A stretch of 64,000 bases of DNA from Phoronis australis (taxonomy: Eukaryota; Animalia; Phoronida): contig NMRA01000039.1 of assembly GCA_002633005.1 (NCBI GenBank), positions 1,034,335 to 1,098,334 of the forward strand. Direction: 5' to 3'. Of this stretch, positions 1-13,017 are shown in pieces. The translations under genes were made by a program, and so were the position numbers. Position 1 is the stretch's first letter, and every line of letters starts with the position of its first letter. The notes under the pieces are model-generated. The model searched no databases and was not told where the DNA came from. It worked only from the letters and a program-made list of their open reading frames with translations.

Positions 1-1870
1 ATCGGTGTTGTAGCCCACAGCACAGCATTAATACTTCGTTTGCATCAGAAGGACGAATAGAGTAGTGGAACTGAGAAAAAACTGTGAAGAATCAGACACT
101 AACAAAAAACATGTGAAACCCCAGTGGCATGAAAACAAGGCAACAAATGTGCCTGACTGATGTTATAATACTATTGTGGGTAAATGCAGCCAGATTCTTC
201 AAGTTTCCATGTGTAATTTGGGACGGCCCTTTTTGGATTATTGATGAATCTCATCAAACATGATGTAGATTGGGTTATTGAAGATGTCACTTCACTCCGC
301 AGACAGAGCACGCCTTTTCACAAGTGTTCACTACATGCATAACTGTATGCATGGTGTCTTTTATTTTTGTTGTCTACTGGGTTAAGAAAAAGTATGGTGT
401 AGAACGAAAATTTTATTTGCTCATTTTTTTCTTGAAAGATAAGTGGCATCTAATCAATGCTTTGCTAATTTCAAGTTCTGTAGCATAGGTAACAGTGGAT
501 AATACTTAAAAAAACTTAGGTCGTTCACAACAAAATTAGGAACCCTTGCAAAGAGAAAAAATTGACAGTTTTCCCACTTATTTTTGTCCAACATTAGCAA
601 GATTTTACTGTATGCCGTTATTGATTCATCACGAATTGTAAAATGTTTCTGTAATTTTTGTTGTTTGGTGTCTTTAGTACTGCCAAATTGACACCATCCT
701 ACTTTATTGAGGAGTTCTGAATGTTGAGCGCCGCTTTTTCCACTGAATAGCCTGTGTCAAACTGGTTCTCATAACCCAGGACCACTGTAAGTGACTGTTG
801 GCACATGGGGTATAGGTCTGTCCTTCAAGCACTCCCACTTGAGTCATCTTCACCACTCACAGTGCATCAATCAAATGTCATATTCATCTCACTTGCTGAT
901 GGTCTGTTGTTATGGTTTCTGGCATTGCCATCTAAATGGTTCATGGCTATGTTGTGTTGAGCAAGTTTCTTGTGAGAAAAGCGAGTTTCTTGTGTGAAAG
1001 GCTAGTCTTGGTGAGATATCGTCATGCAATGCAAGCGGGGCATGTGGTCTCCCTACCTTTAAAGGGGCATTGTCAGTGAAAAATTGATTTTCTTTAGTCA
1101 GCTTCAACATAGAATCGAATCTGCTACCCCTGCAGTCCCAGTCTAACTTTGTGCTGAAGGAGCTAAGGCTCACTGGATAAAAGGATAAAGGGCAGGTTAA
1201 GTGAATGTCTTTCAGACAATGGCGAGATTTGGCGTTTTGTAATAAAATCAAAAGGCACAGCTGATTTTGAAGTTCTCAAAGCTAGTAACTATCCTTTCCA
1301 ACAATAAACCCATAAATGTGTTTCTGGCCATAAAACTGATTGTGTCCCTCTGAGCACATAGCTGGTGTAGCTGCTCTGGTAAGCCTTTACAATGTTCAGA
1401 ATTGCTGTAAACCTAATTGTTATCCAGGAAAGAACAGGTAAATGACTCTAGGGTTGTTGTGCAGTAAAATTGTCGGTGAAATACATTGTTTTCTAGTGTT
1501 TGACGTGTTCTATTCTTGCACACTAGAGTGATTTGTTCTGTATTCCAAGCGTAAAGACATGGTGTGAAGAATTCTTATAGTTGTAAATGATTGGCTTGGT
1601 TCTACTTAATATTTACCAAACACCCCAAGCAATAATAATCAAAAACTTGTAGGAGACTTCTTATTTTTCTTACCAGTCATGTTGAAAGCTCATTGTTCAA
1701 AACTTCTTGTTTGGAACTTTGTGACATAGTGATAAAAGCATTTTTCCCTGCGCTTTTTATGTGCAGTTTGCAATCGTGCTCAAATTTTGACAACAGGGCT
1801 CAGGCTCAAGTTTTGAACCTGTGTCACTGTGCTGCAATATTGAATCGTCTAAAAAGTATTGAATTGTCAG

Positions 1871-2367
1871 CAGGGCTTGGAATTTTCCGCGGAAACGCGG
1901 ATTTCCGCTTTTTTCAAATGTTCTGTCCGCGCGTTTTATTATATTTCCGCGTAAAAAAAATCGGATTTGATATAAAATTTCCGCGGCAAATTCCTTTCTC
2001 AACACGGCGTTGCAGACGACGTTCACCTCAAAAAGCGGAAGTTGCTCTTTATGTTTCGGAGGAACGTAAATTGTCAACATTGCCGGGGCATCTGGGATAG
2101 CGTGGTGGGATTTTCAATGGCGTCTCGTGTTATTGTAAACCGCGGCGACAAATGCTACGGCTCTGCAGCCAAAAATGTGTGGGTTGGGAGCAGACGGACG
2201 AGCTAAAAGGAGGCAGACGCATGCTACTGATGGTGGTAACGTTTTTTTTTTTTTACGGTCTTTTTGTCGGGGAAAGGTTCACATCGACCATTTCAAGGCT
2301 GAGTAGCGCGCATGATTTGGGCCGTAAAAGTTTCCGCGTTTTTTGTCATTGGTCATTCCAAGCCCTG
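1871..2367. mobile_element. Non-autonomous hAT-like MITE, 497 bp, with 6-bp TSD
   Basis: 13-bp perfect TIR CAGGGCTTGGAAT / ATTCCAAGCCCTG; direct repeat TGTCAG at 1865-1870 and 2368-2373; CpG-rich interior with TTCCGCG repeats. Confidence 0.85.
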
Positions 2368-5300
2368 TGTCAGTCATACTTTTAAATATTGTTCTTTAAT
2401 TTCTTGAACTCAATAGTAGCAAAGTACCCAAAAACTTATCTACACAGAGCAAGATATCCCCCCTCACCATTTCCATTGACTGCATTCCATCTTTGCCCCC
2501 ATGCTTGAACTTTACCTTGGTGAGAACTCTGTAAAGAAATTTGCTCAACTTTCTCTTCTTTTATAATCTGAATCAAGATCCATGGTTTCCTTGCGTCGCA
2601 TGCTTTCATTTGTACCTCTTGTAGGACTTGGCACCACTGAGCGAAATCTTTAGGCTGGAGATATTGGTTTTCTGTAGTTAAAAACAGCGAAATCTGTTTT
2701 AACGAAGTTGAAATTTCATACTTTACCATTTTGTTAAGTAAGGTATTCTGCTTTATTTACGGTAGTAAATGTTTCCAATTTACCGTTTACTTGCTGCATG
2801 TACGTCATTGTGACTGTACATCTACTTGAGCATGTGAATTGTCGGCAATACTCGGATAAAACGTACCTGTATTTTGAGAACCAGCTTGATGCCTGTTATT
2901 CAGTGGAGAAAACAGGTTCTCAAAATTCGTGGTCTAGATATCAAGTTTCGGCCAGAATTTGGTCTCTTGTAATGAGTTTAATGATTTTATTTATTATTTT
3001 CAGTAATTATAAAGCAAAAATATTGGAAGTACTAGACTTCTGATATCCACATCTGAAATAATGTGAATTCGTTTGGAACCGCTAATTTTGTGAAGCAAGT
3101 CTTGATTCTTTGAATTCCGTCTGTTTTCGCTGTCATGGAGACTCATTTTGATGATTAGAAATCTCAACAAAAATATCAATCTTATGAATATGAGCTTCGA
3201 TAGAAAATTGACAATATTCAAAATTCGTAATTAGCCTGTGCTGTGGATTGTGGTCTGCAGTTTCTTGTGTTGGTAGTATTTCATGCCCTGAAATTCGGTA
3301 CAAGTTTGCATTTCACTGATGACAAAACTAATTTAGTTAATTATGTGTTACTAATTGGTTTCATTCCTAATTTGCATTTTCACTGTCAAACATCAATATG
3401 GCCATGTATGAGCTGCATAAATATCTAATTATTTTACCCAGATGAAACCAGCCAGGCCATGTTTATTATGGGCAAACTGGCGTTATTCAAAAGGTTTCAT
3501 GTTTGGATCAGTCCCAGTCACTAGGAGTTGTCACTAACTGTGTGGAGTGTTGCCTATTAATAATAGATCTGATGAATAGGAGACATACTGCTGCTGTGAT
3601 CAATACCAACAATGCAGGATTTTATCCCTGATTAAACTGGTGGTCCTGAATGAATCTTTTACTGTATTGTCACACTCCATTAACTGTGTTTTGATTGGGG
3701 AAACAATTTTACAATTTAATAACATTTTGACACCAGTTTTTATGTTGATAGTTATTGATTAAATGAGTTGTCTTAAAATCACAACAGTGTACATTGATAT
3801 GAGATCTTCATTTCTTTGCGTAAGATTTTTATCACAACTAAATGTATTATTTGACAATTTGTTTTATTGCCACCCACAGTTTTTCACAAAACTTCTTTTA
3901 TAAAGACTTGCAGACAGTGTGTTCACTGCTCCCTCCCAGTGAGTTTCACAGCCAACAAATAATACCTAATCAAAATAAACTCTTCTCTTTGTGTTTAGCA
4001 TGGTAATTAGTGTTTAAAGTGGCGGAGACCAACAGAGGAAACAGCTAATCTCACACAACTATTGACATGATTCAGCTACTTACATTATGCCTCCAGTCAG
4101 AACCATTGGTGTTTGCTTTCGATAAACCCCCATTTCATGACTACTCTTGAGATTGGAACTCTTGACATTAAATCCTGGCGATGCTGTTTTGCTGTTGCTG
4201 TTTTCAGTGTAAAATGGTTGGTTGTGTTATTTTGACTAGATCTGCAGGCTCAAAATATGCCTTTCATATCAAAACCAATGCTTAACCTGACTGCCTCACC
4301 AGGCAACATGAATAATTATGCACAATGAACTCAACAATAGGGGTACCTTCATCATTGGGAGTGTCCTCATTCTTCATGTCTGGCTTTTCCCCTGGGACTT
4401 GATATGCTCATTAGGAATACATTTTGAAAAGCCCTTGCGAAGTTGTAAAATTTGACTTGAAAGTTGAATTGAACTTGGCATTATGGTTTCTTCAGGTCAT
4501 GAAGTATCCAAAATTAGTGGAGATGATTCTGAGAACACTGATAAGAAACATTAGGACCTGGACTATCAGGTGAACTTTAACTTGAGTGTCCACTCCACAG
4601 GTGATAAACCTGGAATGTTAAATGCATATCTTCGTTTGTTCAGCTTAACCTGAAGGGGTTAGCGTCATTGATTCCCTACTGAAGGGTTTTGTGATGTGAG
4701 GGGTCCAAAGCGTTGGCTATACAAATGATAATTTTTATCTAGTTTTTATTTCTGTTACATGTTAATTTTCAATTTTCTCTTATCATCCCATATAACATCA
4801 GACTTCTGGAAGGGAGTCTTGGAGCACAAAATAAATTCAAATCACCATGTGTTGATACTTTTCAAGTCAAAATTACACCCTTTCTTTCTGTATCACTGTC
4901 ATTAGGGTTTACCCTGTGGTGCTTTCTCAATGATTGCTGTGATGTTATGCAACATTCTTTCCCAGGTTCTGTGAGTATGGTGGCTCATCAGGCCATCATA
5001 CTAAGATTTGTCATTCATGTGTTGCTCACTGTCAATGCTTTTAAGTGTTCGCAACTTATCGACCAGTTATCAGTCTATTGCCCACTGCTGTCGGCATTTT
5101 ATTGTTTTGATTCAGCAAAATTATTACCCAACTGTCAAACTGATCTACCGGTAATACTAATTTACCAAAAAGTTGACCTAGAACACAGGCTTAGCTGCAC
5201 GCTGCAATTAACAGCGTTCCATCATTCCTACAGCGCTCATCTTAGTCCTGGTGATTAAAAATACTGTTTTAAGTTTTAGGAAATCTGGCCTTATCATGAA

Positions 5301-8300
5301 ATCTATTTGAAGTGTCCAGATATGTGTGTTTCTGTTGGTTTTCCATTACTAAACTCTATCACAAGACCTTTCCCACTGACAAATTTCCACTAGTGACACG
5401 GGAATCACCTCTAGTTTTTTGGATAAAATACCAGGGCTGCATTCTGTACACGCAAGATCTTTCAAGTCTTCTCACATGCGTCTTGGGTCTATAGAACGCT
5501 GCGCAGATAGTGTAGTAACTATGGTATCACAGGATTGCAACGAGTCGCAACTTCCAGCGATTACCCCCTCCCCCACCGAACTGGATTTAGCCTTTCTCAT
5601 TGCAGGGAGTTGTGCAACTCCGTAGTTTAATCCACCTTTGGTGAAAGGAGTTGTCATGGTTGCTTAAGTTCGGCGTCACGCTTCCCCACTGACCGAAAAT
5701 CCTCAAAACAGACCCGAGTTGTGCCATTGGTCTGAGACTGGCGTTTGATTTCATTTAAAGACCCCATATAATGGCCAAATGACTTTTGAACATGTTAAAT
5801 ATATGTATCATTGATCGACACAAGCATATCCCTTTCTTTACTCCTAACATTAGCTAATTACGCCAATTACTATCGTACGACCCCATCAGGAACCCCTGAG
5901 CGCCGAAAAAACTTTAGGTGGCACTCGTTCTAATTAACGCAAATGACATCATCGTTGTGACCCAAGACGTACCATACAGTCCGTTGCCTCAGGAAACTTA
6001 CCTTACGTGTGCATATTTTAAATCACAGATTTTCAAAATTTCATCTGTTAGAGACAACAAAGTTCAAATACTATGCGACATTTGTCTCGACACTTCATGT
6101 GCATGTAATATCCTACAAGTCACTGTGCCTCAATAGTCTAGCATCACCGAAGTCAGTAGCGCGTTCTCGGTGGGGACCACTTACTCAGTTTAACATCAAA
6201 CGCTTGATCACAAAGATGTCAGGGTTTAACAAACCAATAAAGTACAGGGTCCCTGCGTGCATTGGGGGACAAGTTGGCAATGAATGGAGATTCGTCGGAC
6301 TCACGGCGACATCCTGGCAGAATGTGTGTACCAGAGTACTAATCTGTTTATAGTCGCTCCGTGATAATTACGGGATTATGTCGGGGAGTAAGTCGGCGTT
6401 ACACATCTTTTGATGTGAAAGGTTCACGCGCAACATGATATAAAAGAATGACCCAAGACTTTACCTTGCCATGGACGGATGTTACAGCGGAAGAGTTCAA
6501 TGAAGTGTACAGCGAAATGGAAGATTAAGGAAATGTAGAAACAACGTTTGGATGGATTAATAGCCGACGCACCTAGCTGCGCGCCGATTACTGAGACCTG
6601 CAGGAAAGTCTAAACGACTGAGGTGGGAACAAAATATCACTGAATAAGGGACAGACAAAGTTAGCGCTACAAATAGGTTGTCATATTTAAACTATCATTA
6701 GATATGAAAGACGAATTGCAAAAGGCATGTTATACTTTGAAGTCATGGAAATATGCAGTCCCCGTCATAGTACAACCTATCGACATGCTGACTGCTCACT
6801 TCTTTCAGTGTGTGACTCCAAAGTGTACCCAAGGCTAAAGTAAAGTCAGCGCTATCTAATGGTCACATGCATTCGCGTGCAACACCCAAGCACTTAATCG
6901 AGCCAAGCCGGTGCAATATTTTATTTAGAACTGCCGCCGTTTTCTTTTGATGTGCGACTTGGGAGGTGTGCACCTCCTAAGTTTCTACCGCTGGAGTACG
7001 CAATACATTGGCTGCAACATGTGAGTGACAGATGACTCATATATATGTCGCTCGTACAGTTCTAGAAACAAGGGCTTGAGAATTTCTTGCCGACTTATGG
7101 TTGCTCTGATGCAAGAGAAGTTGTTACCATCGTTTGGCAAGTAACAGCCAAGGGTTGTCATCTTCACGCATGTTTTTTTGATAAAAACGAGACGTACATT
7201 CACACACACCGTTAATTGACGACATTTCTGAGTCACGATCGTATAAAATGGTATCGACCAGTGCTACGGTGGTTTATTGTTGGAGATATTGTTAGTGGAT
7301 AATCAAGACATCGTATGTGAAAAATAAATATTTTTTCCACCACAGAGTTCGGAAATTTTGCCGTTGTCAGATTTAGTACGAAACGTAGTTGTTGTATGGC
7401 AAATACTTCGAAAATTGGTTCGTCGTGGGTCGTGAGTGAATCGATAGCACCCTATCCGAGATCTACGCTGCTGTTCGTTATGAAGGGTGCTTTACCTGAC
7501 ACGATTGTTATGCTTAGAAATCGCATTATCAGTCGACATTGATTCCTAACGTGGGTGATGTTTCTAATTGGTGACGCTCCTTGAGCAAACTTCTTAATTT
7601 TTTACTGTCCCGGCAGCTCAGGTTGTGGCAGCTCAAGTTGTGGTTAGTGCGGTAATGTGTTGCTCACAACCATGATGTTAATAAACCAGTCTACTGTGAG
7701 TCGTGGAAAGGATGAAAGGGGTTTCCGATGGGGGCACATGATATGGAGGGCATAAAACGTGTAGTAGTTAGTGGTTGTGTGGAATAAAATGAAATAAAGA
7801 TATGTTACACAAAAGTACATGTATTTAACATATCTAAAAGGCAGTTGGCTCATTTTAGCCTGTCTTTAAACTGCAGGCTGAATGTGCCAGTGTACTATGT
7901 CTAGCCTCATATCCCATACAGAATACGAAGGAATTTACATTAGCACTGCTAAACTAATCGCAAAACATCGATTCCAGACATCAAACAGGCGTTTTTTTGC
8001 TGCCCCAAAGCAATTAGCTTCTTCATCTGCTTATTAACTCGTGCATGGTCTGTTCACATGGAGTTGATGGATCCAGCACCCAACCTCTATCGTAATTTGG
8101 TCTGCTCTGATTGCAAAATGTCAGATCGTTGTAATTTATATTTTCATTTCTCTGGTAATGTTGCTAAAGATCATGATGGGCTGACATTACGTGGAGTAAC
8201 GTGGTCAGATAGTTCTAACTGAGACTAATGTAAATGCTATGTGAAACTGTCATCTCGAGCTCGTAGGCACAAAAGTCAAACTGTTGTATTTTAATTTTAC

Positions 8301-8755
8301 CGTTTTACGTTTTGTTAGCAGTCTCAGGGCGGTGAATTATACCCATGTCCTCTTTAAATCACTGGAAACTAAATCCAGCATGTTTGGCAAAAGTACATCC
8401 TTTAATTTGTTAGGCAAGTAATTACTTGCTGATTGGGAAAGCTTTTTTTCTGTAGTCATTCTGTTCGAAGTTTTTCTTATTATGTTGTTTGCTCTTCGAC
8501 TGAAATGTCATTAGTACAGTTGATTATTTGACTGGAAAAATCTTGGATTTTGTTGTCAAGATACTGTCTGGCTCTTGATTGACTGGGGAAAGTATATTTA
8601 ATCTTCAATTGATTGGTCTGCGCCTATCAAATCTGCAAGTTACTTGTACAGACAAACCTTGTTACAAGGTACATCAAGGCACCTTCGAAATCTTACGTTG
8701 TAATTATAGTTGATAGTAACCAAGGAAGACTTGCTACAATAGGTAATGTCCCGTC

Positions 8756-9252
8756 CACACATAGACTTACCCTAGAACAACTTGCACTAGGGCAAGTTGC
8801 CCCACTTTAAGTGAAACATCCACATGCACACACATATCCAATAACTAGGGTTAGGCAAAGTTGTCGCTCTGTGCGGGACAATGAATAGCTGATGCGAATA
8901 TGAGGCAAAATGAGAAGTCGCCCGTCTATGTAAGTGCATCTGATGATTCTTTCTGCTGTATTTCATGTTTGCAACCATACAGCATTTAGAAGTAGCGCTA
9001 GTTACCCTACAGCAAGTTACCCTACAGCAAGTTACCCTACAGCAAGTTACCCTACAGCAAGTTACCCTACAGCAAGTTACCCTACAGCAAGTTACCCTAC
9101 AGCAAGTTACCCTACCTCGATAACTTATCGAGGTAGGGTGGAGTAAGTTGTCACAAGTGGGGTAAGTTGCACTAGTTTCAACAGCATAACACAGCCTCCA
9201 AACCTTGGGACAGCTCTTTCCTGGAGTAACTTGTTCCATGGTAAGTCTGTGT
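8756..9252. mobile_element. MITE-like element with imperfect ~45-bp inverted ends and an internal 15-bp array
   Basis: catagacttaccctagaacaacttgc.. at left is inverted at right (..taacttgttccatggtaagtctgtg); boundaries approximate. Confidence 0.55.
8997..9115. repeat. 15-bp minisatellite (GCAAGTTACCCTACA) x ~8
   Basis: Directly visible; explains the ASYPT / RVTCC repeat ORFs. Confidence 0.95.
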
Positions 9253-12200
9253 TAGTAATGAGGGTAGATTGCTGCATTGGGTAAGACTGGGACATAAGTT
9301 ACATAGCTGTTAACTTCTACCTAAGGTACCTAGCTAGGTACTGTGTGTATACTTGATACTGTTTATAAACCAAATTAGTACTGAAATCGTGCTCCGTGGT
9401 GGTCCGCAGTGCCTAAAGAAGAGGCCATTGTTGTTCATGGGAAGGGAAGGTACTGTCGTCTAGCTTCAATGTGAAAAGGTGACTTTTCTAAGAGTTCAAA
9501 TTTAATTGCCAGGGTTTAATGTCTGCAAACGGATGTTGTGAGGAAGAAATTCCATGGAAGGTGGTGTTTTCATTTTATGTCCCATCAAATGGGACCCTTT
9601 TAATCATGCTTACTGTCAAAACGGTGGGGTGTCATCGTGGCAACTCTTTAATAGAATGGGTTGCTAATTTCGGAATAGCACACCTCGTCAAAATATATCG
9701 AAGTATGCGGAGTATCAGTATAATAAGATGAATGTTGATATATATTTTATTAAATGTCTGTTTCTAGCATCATTGAAACGTTTTCACAGCAGGATTAGGT
9801 AAGGTCATAGTTGCTTTGGCAATGCGTGTGCAAATTTTTACAATTTAGTAAGTAACAGGTCATACTCCGTATACGGGAGGGGGTCAAGACAAAAGTTCAG
9901 ATAAGACACATGGGTAAACTGGCAGACTACATTCGATGCAACACAAACATATAGCCTCCGAGGACTCCTTTATCTCTATTGAGGACTCGCGCTAGTTTTA
10001 AGTGTGGTGATAAACTCGGCCTCGCTTTTTTTCACAAGTAAATATTGGAGAGCCCGTCTTTGACTACCAGTACTGCGAAGTAAGTGATGTCATGTGCCAG
10101 CAGAATATGTGTTAGTATACTGAACAGAAAAAACAGAATTTCGGATTTGCCAACATGGTAGAATTGGGGTAGCTACAAAAATCTTCTCACCATGGTTTCC
10201 CTTTGCCTGTCTTGTTGTTCCTATCAAAGTTCTGCGCATTTATCAGTGATATTTAGCAGCTGTGCCAATAAAGATAACTTTCTGTTTATTTAGCCTGCGA
10301 CAGACCAGGATTAGTTGGACATGCCAATGACATTTCAACTATACTATTTTTTGTTTCTGTTTTACTAAAAACCGTTTGCATGATGACCATGTTCAGTGAC
10401 GAGCTGTGTGAATTCCTAAGTTAAACTGTGCAAACAGAAAGAAGTCCTCAATGAAGGAGTAAATTTCTGCATTGTATCACGTAACCCGAAAAGAGACATT
10501 GGGGTCAAGACATGTTTAATTCCTTCTGGGAGCCACTTCAGTTCACTGCAGTGCAATCAGGTAGAGGTTTCGGGTGTGTTCCAATTTCGTGTAGCAATCT
10601 TTTGTAATTCATTTATGAAGCCTAGCTTTGTGAAGGCAAAAATTGTCATTTATTGCATAATAAAGTTTACATCAAGATTTTGTTTTGTTAAGGTTACCTT
10701 GTTTCTTATGGATGAGCCATAGACATTTAACTTCGAAATGTATGTTTTCTGAAAAGTAGGAGCATTATATTTTTGACTTTTTACCAATCTTTTTTAAGGC
10801 TTAGCTCAGCCTTAACTTTTTCAGTATCTTGGTAACATTTCCAGTCACAACTGTACGTAAGTAACAAAGCTATCATGCCCTGTTCACTATTATCCCTTCA
10901 TAATTGTATTAAAGTTTAAAAAGTTCAAATTTTGTTTTTATGCGAAACTGCCATATTTTTAAATTTCCAGACTGGTATGAAGCATAACAGTTATCTACGT
11001 TGTATTATAGACTGCTCAACCCACGGTCCATTTCCCTCCTCTCCATCTAATAACACAGTGAAATTTCCTAACACTCCCCAAGCTGGTCACAAATCTAGTG
11101 GGTTTCTAACTGTGTTATGTCATACACAGCAAAGCCAATTTATTTTGCATGAACTTTCCAAGAAAGAGTCACAGGAACACATTCATTAATAAGATAAGGT
11201 TGATGTGAATCTGGAATGTGTGCAGAAGATTTGGCACTGGCAGAGAACGGTAAAACGGTGACATTCTTAGACAAAACCTGGCTTGCCTGAAATTCTGTGT
11301 TCTTTTGTGATATTTTGAGAATTCTGTTACGAATTGTGAGCCAAGTAGTTAGTGTTAGTATTTTGCTTGGTTTACAATAATTTTATGCTGCATCGAGTGG
11401 TGGATCATTTTTTTCACGTATTGTTAAATTAATGAATTCACCGTTATCACTGACACATGTTACGTCTTGCATTTTTGATAAAAGTGAAGTTGGTGTAACT
11501 TAAACGTGCTAAAAGTACCCAGAATACTTTAATATTGAGTCTTCCTTGTGACATTTTGAAAATTTTGACATGTGACGAATTGTGACTTGTCATTAAACAT
11601 GGATCCATTATCTGCCCTGGTTTGGCTGAATGGCGGAACATTAAATTGTGACAACACAGCATGAAATTAAATTTCTCCATAAAAAATTTGACACCTGGNA
11701 TTGCCCTTAGTTCACAGTTTGTAAACCCAATATCAAAGCAATAAGTTCGAGTTTGAACTCGAAATTTCGAGTTTTTACTCGAGTTTGTAGCACGAATATA
11801 AGGGTCTTCAAGGGCAAACTTGAACTAGAAACTCCTATGCATAAACTATTATGTATTCGATCACAGTCTGATAACCAATTATCTTAAGTTCGCACAAAAG
11901 GAGCAGAGAAATTGCCAAAAATAGTTTTGAGTTCGTTTCGAGTACAAAGATTAGAGACCGGGCCCTGGTATTTTAATTCTGAGCTTTTGAATAAAGCCAG
12001 GAATAAACAACAATTGGGAGTGATATTCCAGGAAATCCAGTCTTCACAAATTGTCATATCTCCATATTCTTGTTGTCGACATGACATAACGCATGTATCA
12101 TAGCTTTATCATGCCAAATATGGTAAAGTACATAACATCAAAATTAAAGTTTACTTTTAAAGGTAACATCATATCTTTACTAACTTTTTTATTCTAGGAC

Positions 12201-12594
12201 AGGTCAATTATATCTAGAAGCCGATACTAATGAGTTAAAAGTACAGTTAACAATTTAATGACCCCTCCCCAACTGACCTAGATGCCAAACTAAAAGTTTG
12301 GGAAGGAAAACAGCCTATCAAGTTCTCATCAGTATGAATAAATTGTCAGCTGATTTACATTTCACGTTGCAGAGTATATAGAAAAAAATGTAAATAAATG
12401 GTATAATTGGAAATTTCATAAATGGTATAATTGGAAATTTCATTATACATGGTAAACGGAAGTTTCATTATACATCGATGCCAAGTTAGTTAATCAGACT
12501 TCGTAATTTCTTGTTGAAATCTAAGCAAGCTTTGTTTTTGTTAAAGGAAATTAAAAAATAGTCAGAATTCTTTTGTTGTTGGGGATTTAAATAT

Positions 12595-13017
12595 AGTCCC
12601 ATTTAGACATCAACTTTTGGCTCGGCGCAACTGGCAGGGAGCAAATTGACCCATGTCAAGCGGCCGCTTACACACACAACTCACTAACCGTGGCAAGATG
12701 GAAATTAAAGGCTGGAGAGACTGGATTGCACATGCGCAGGTTTACAAGTGACTAGAGTTGCAAAGACAAGGAACCCATACGTAGGTCATTGCACAAGTGC
12801 AGTAGAGATGATCCTTTCCGCCTTGCTCTAGTTTTGCGTTTAGACTTATAATTGACACGGCGCAAGATGTTCGGGCCCAAATTGCTCTACCTCACAAACG
12901 GGTGGCAAAAATTTGTCACCGCGGTGTCAATTTGCTCCGTGTATGTCCGTTTACACACTGGAACAACTTGTTCCGTGTCAGCTGATCTGTGTCAACTTTG
13001 TAAGTGTAAACGGCACT
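12595..13017. mobile_element. PIF/Harbinger-like MITE
   Basis: Degenerate TIR agtcccatttagaca / agtgtaaacggcact; 3-bp flanking repeat TAT; internal inverted ggagcaaattgac / gtcaatttgctcc. Confidence 0.55.

Noticed and set aside
1693-2385. ORFs of 135, 107 and 77 aa as a possible transposase
   Set aside because: No DDE or BED-finger motifs; they cross the boundary of a 497-bp non-autonomous element.
8787-9239. 150-aa Cys-rich ORF (RVTCC)n and its antisense (ASYPT)n
   Set aside because: Translation of a 15-bp minisatellite inside a MITE-like element.
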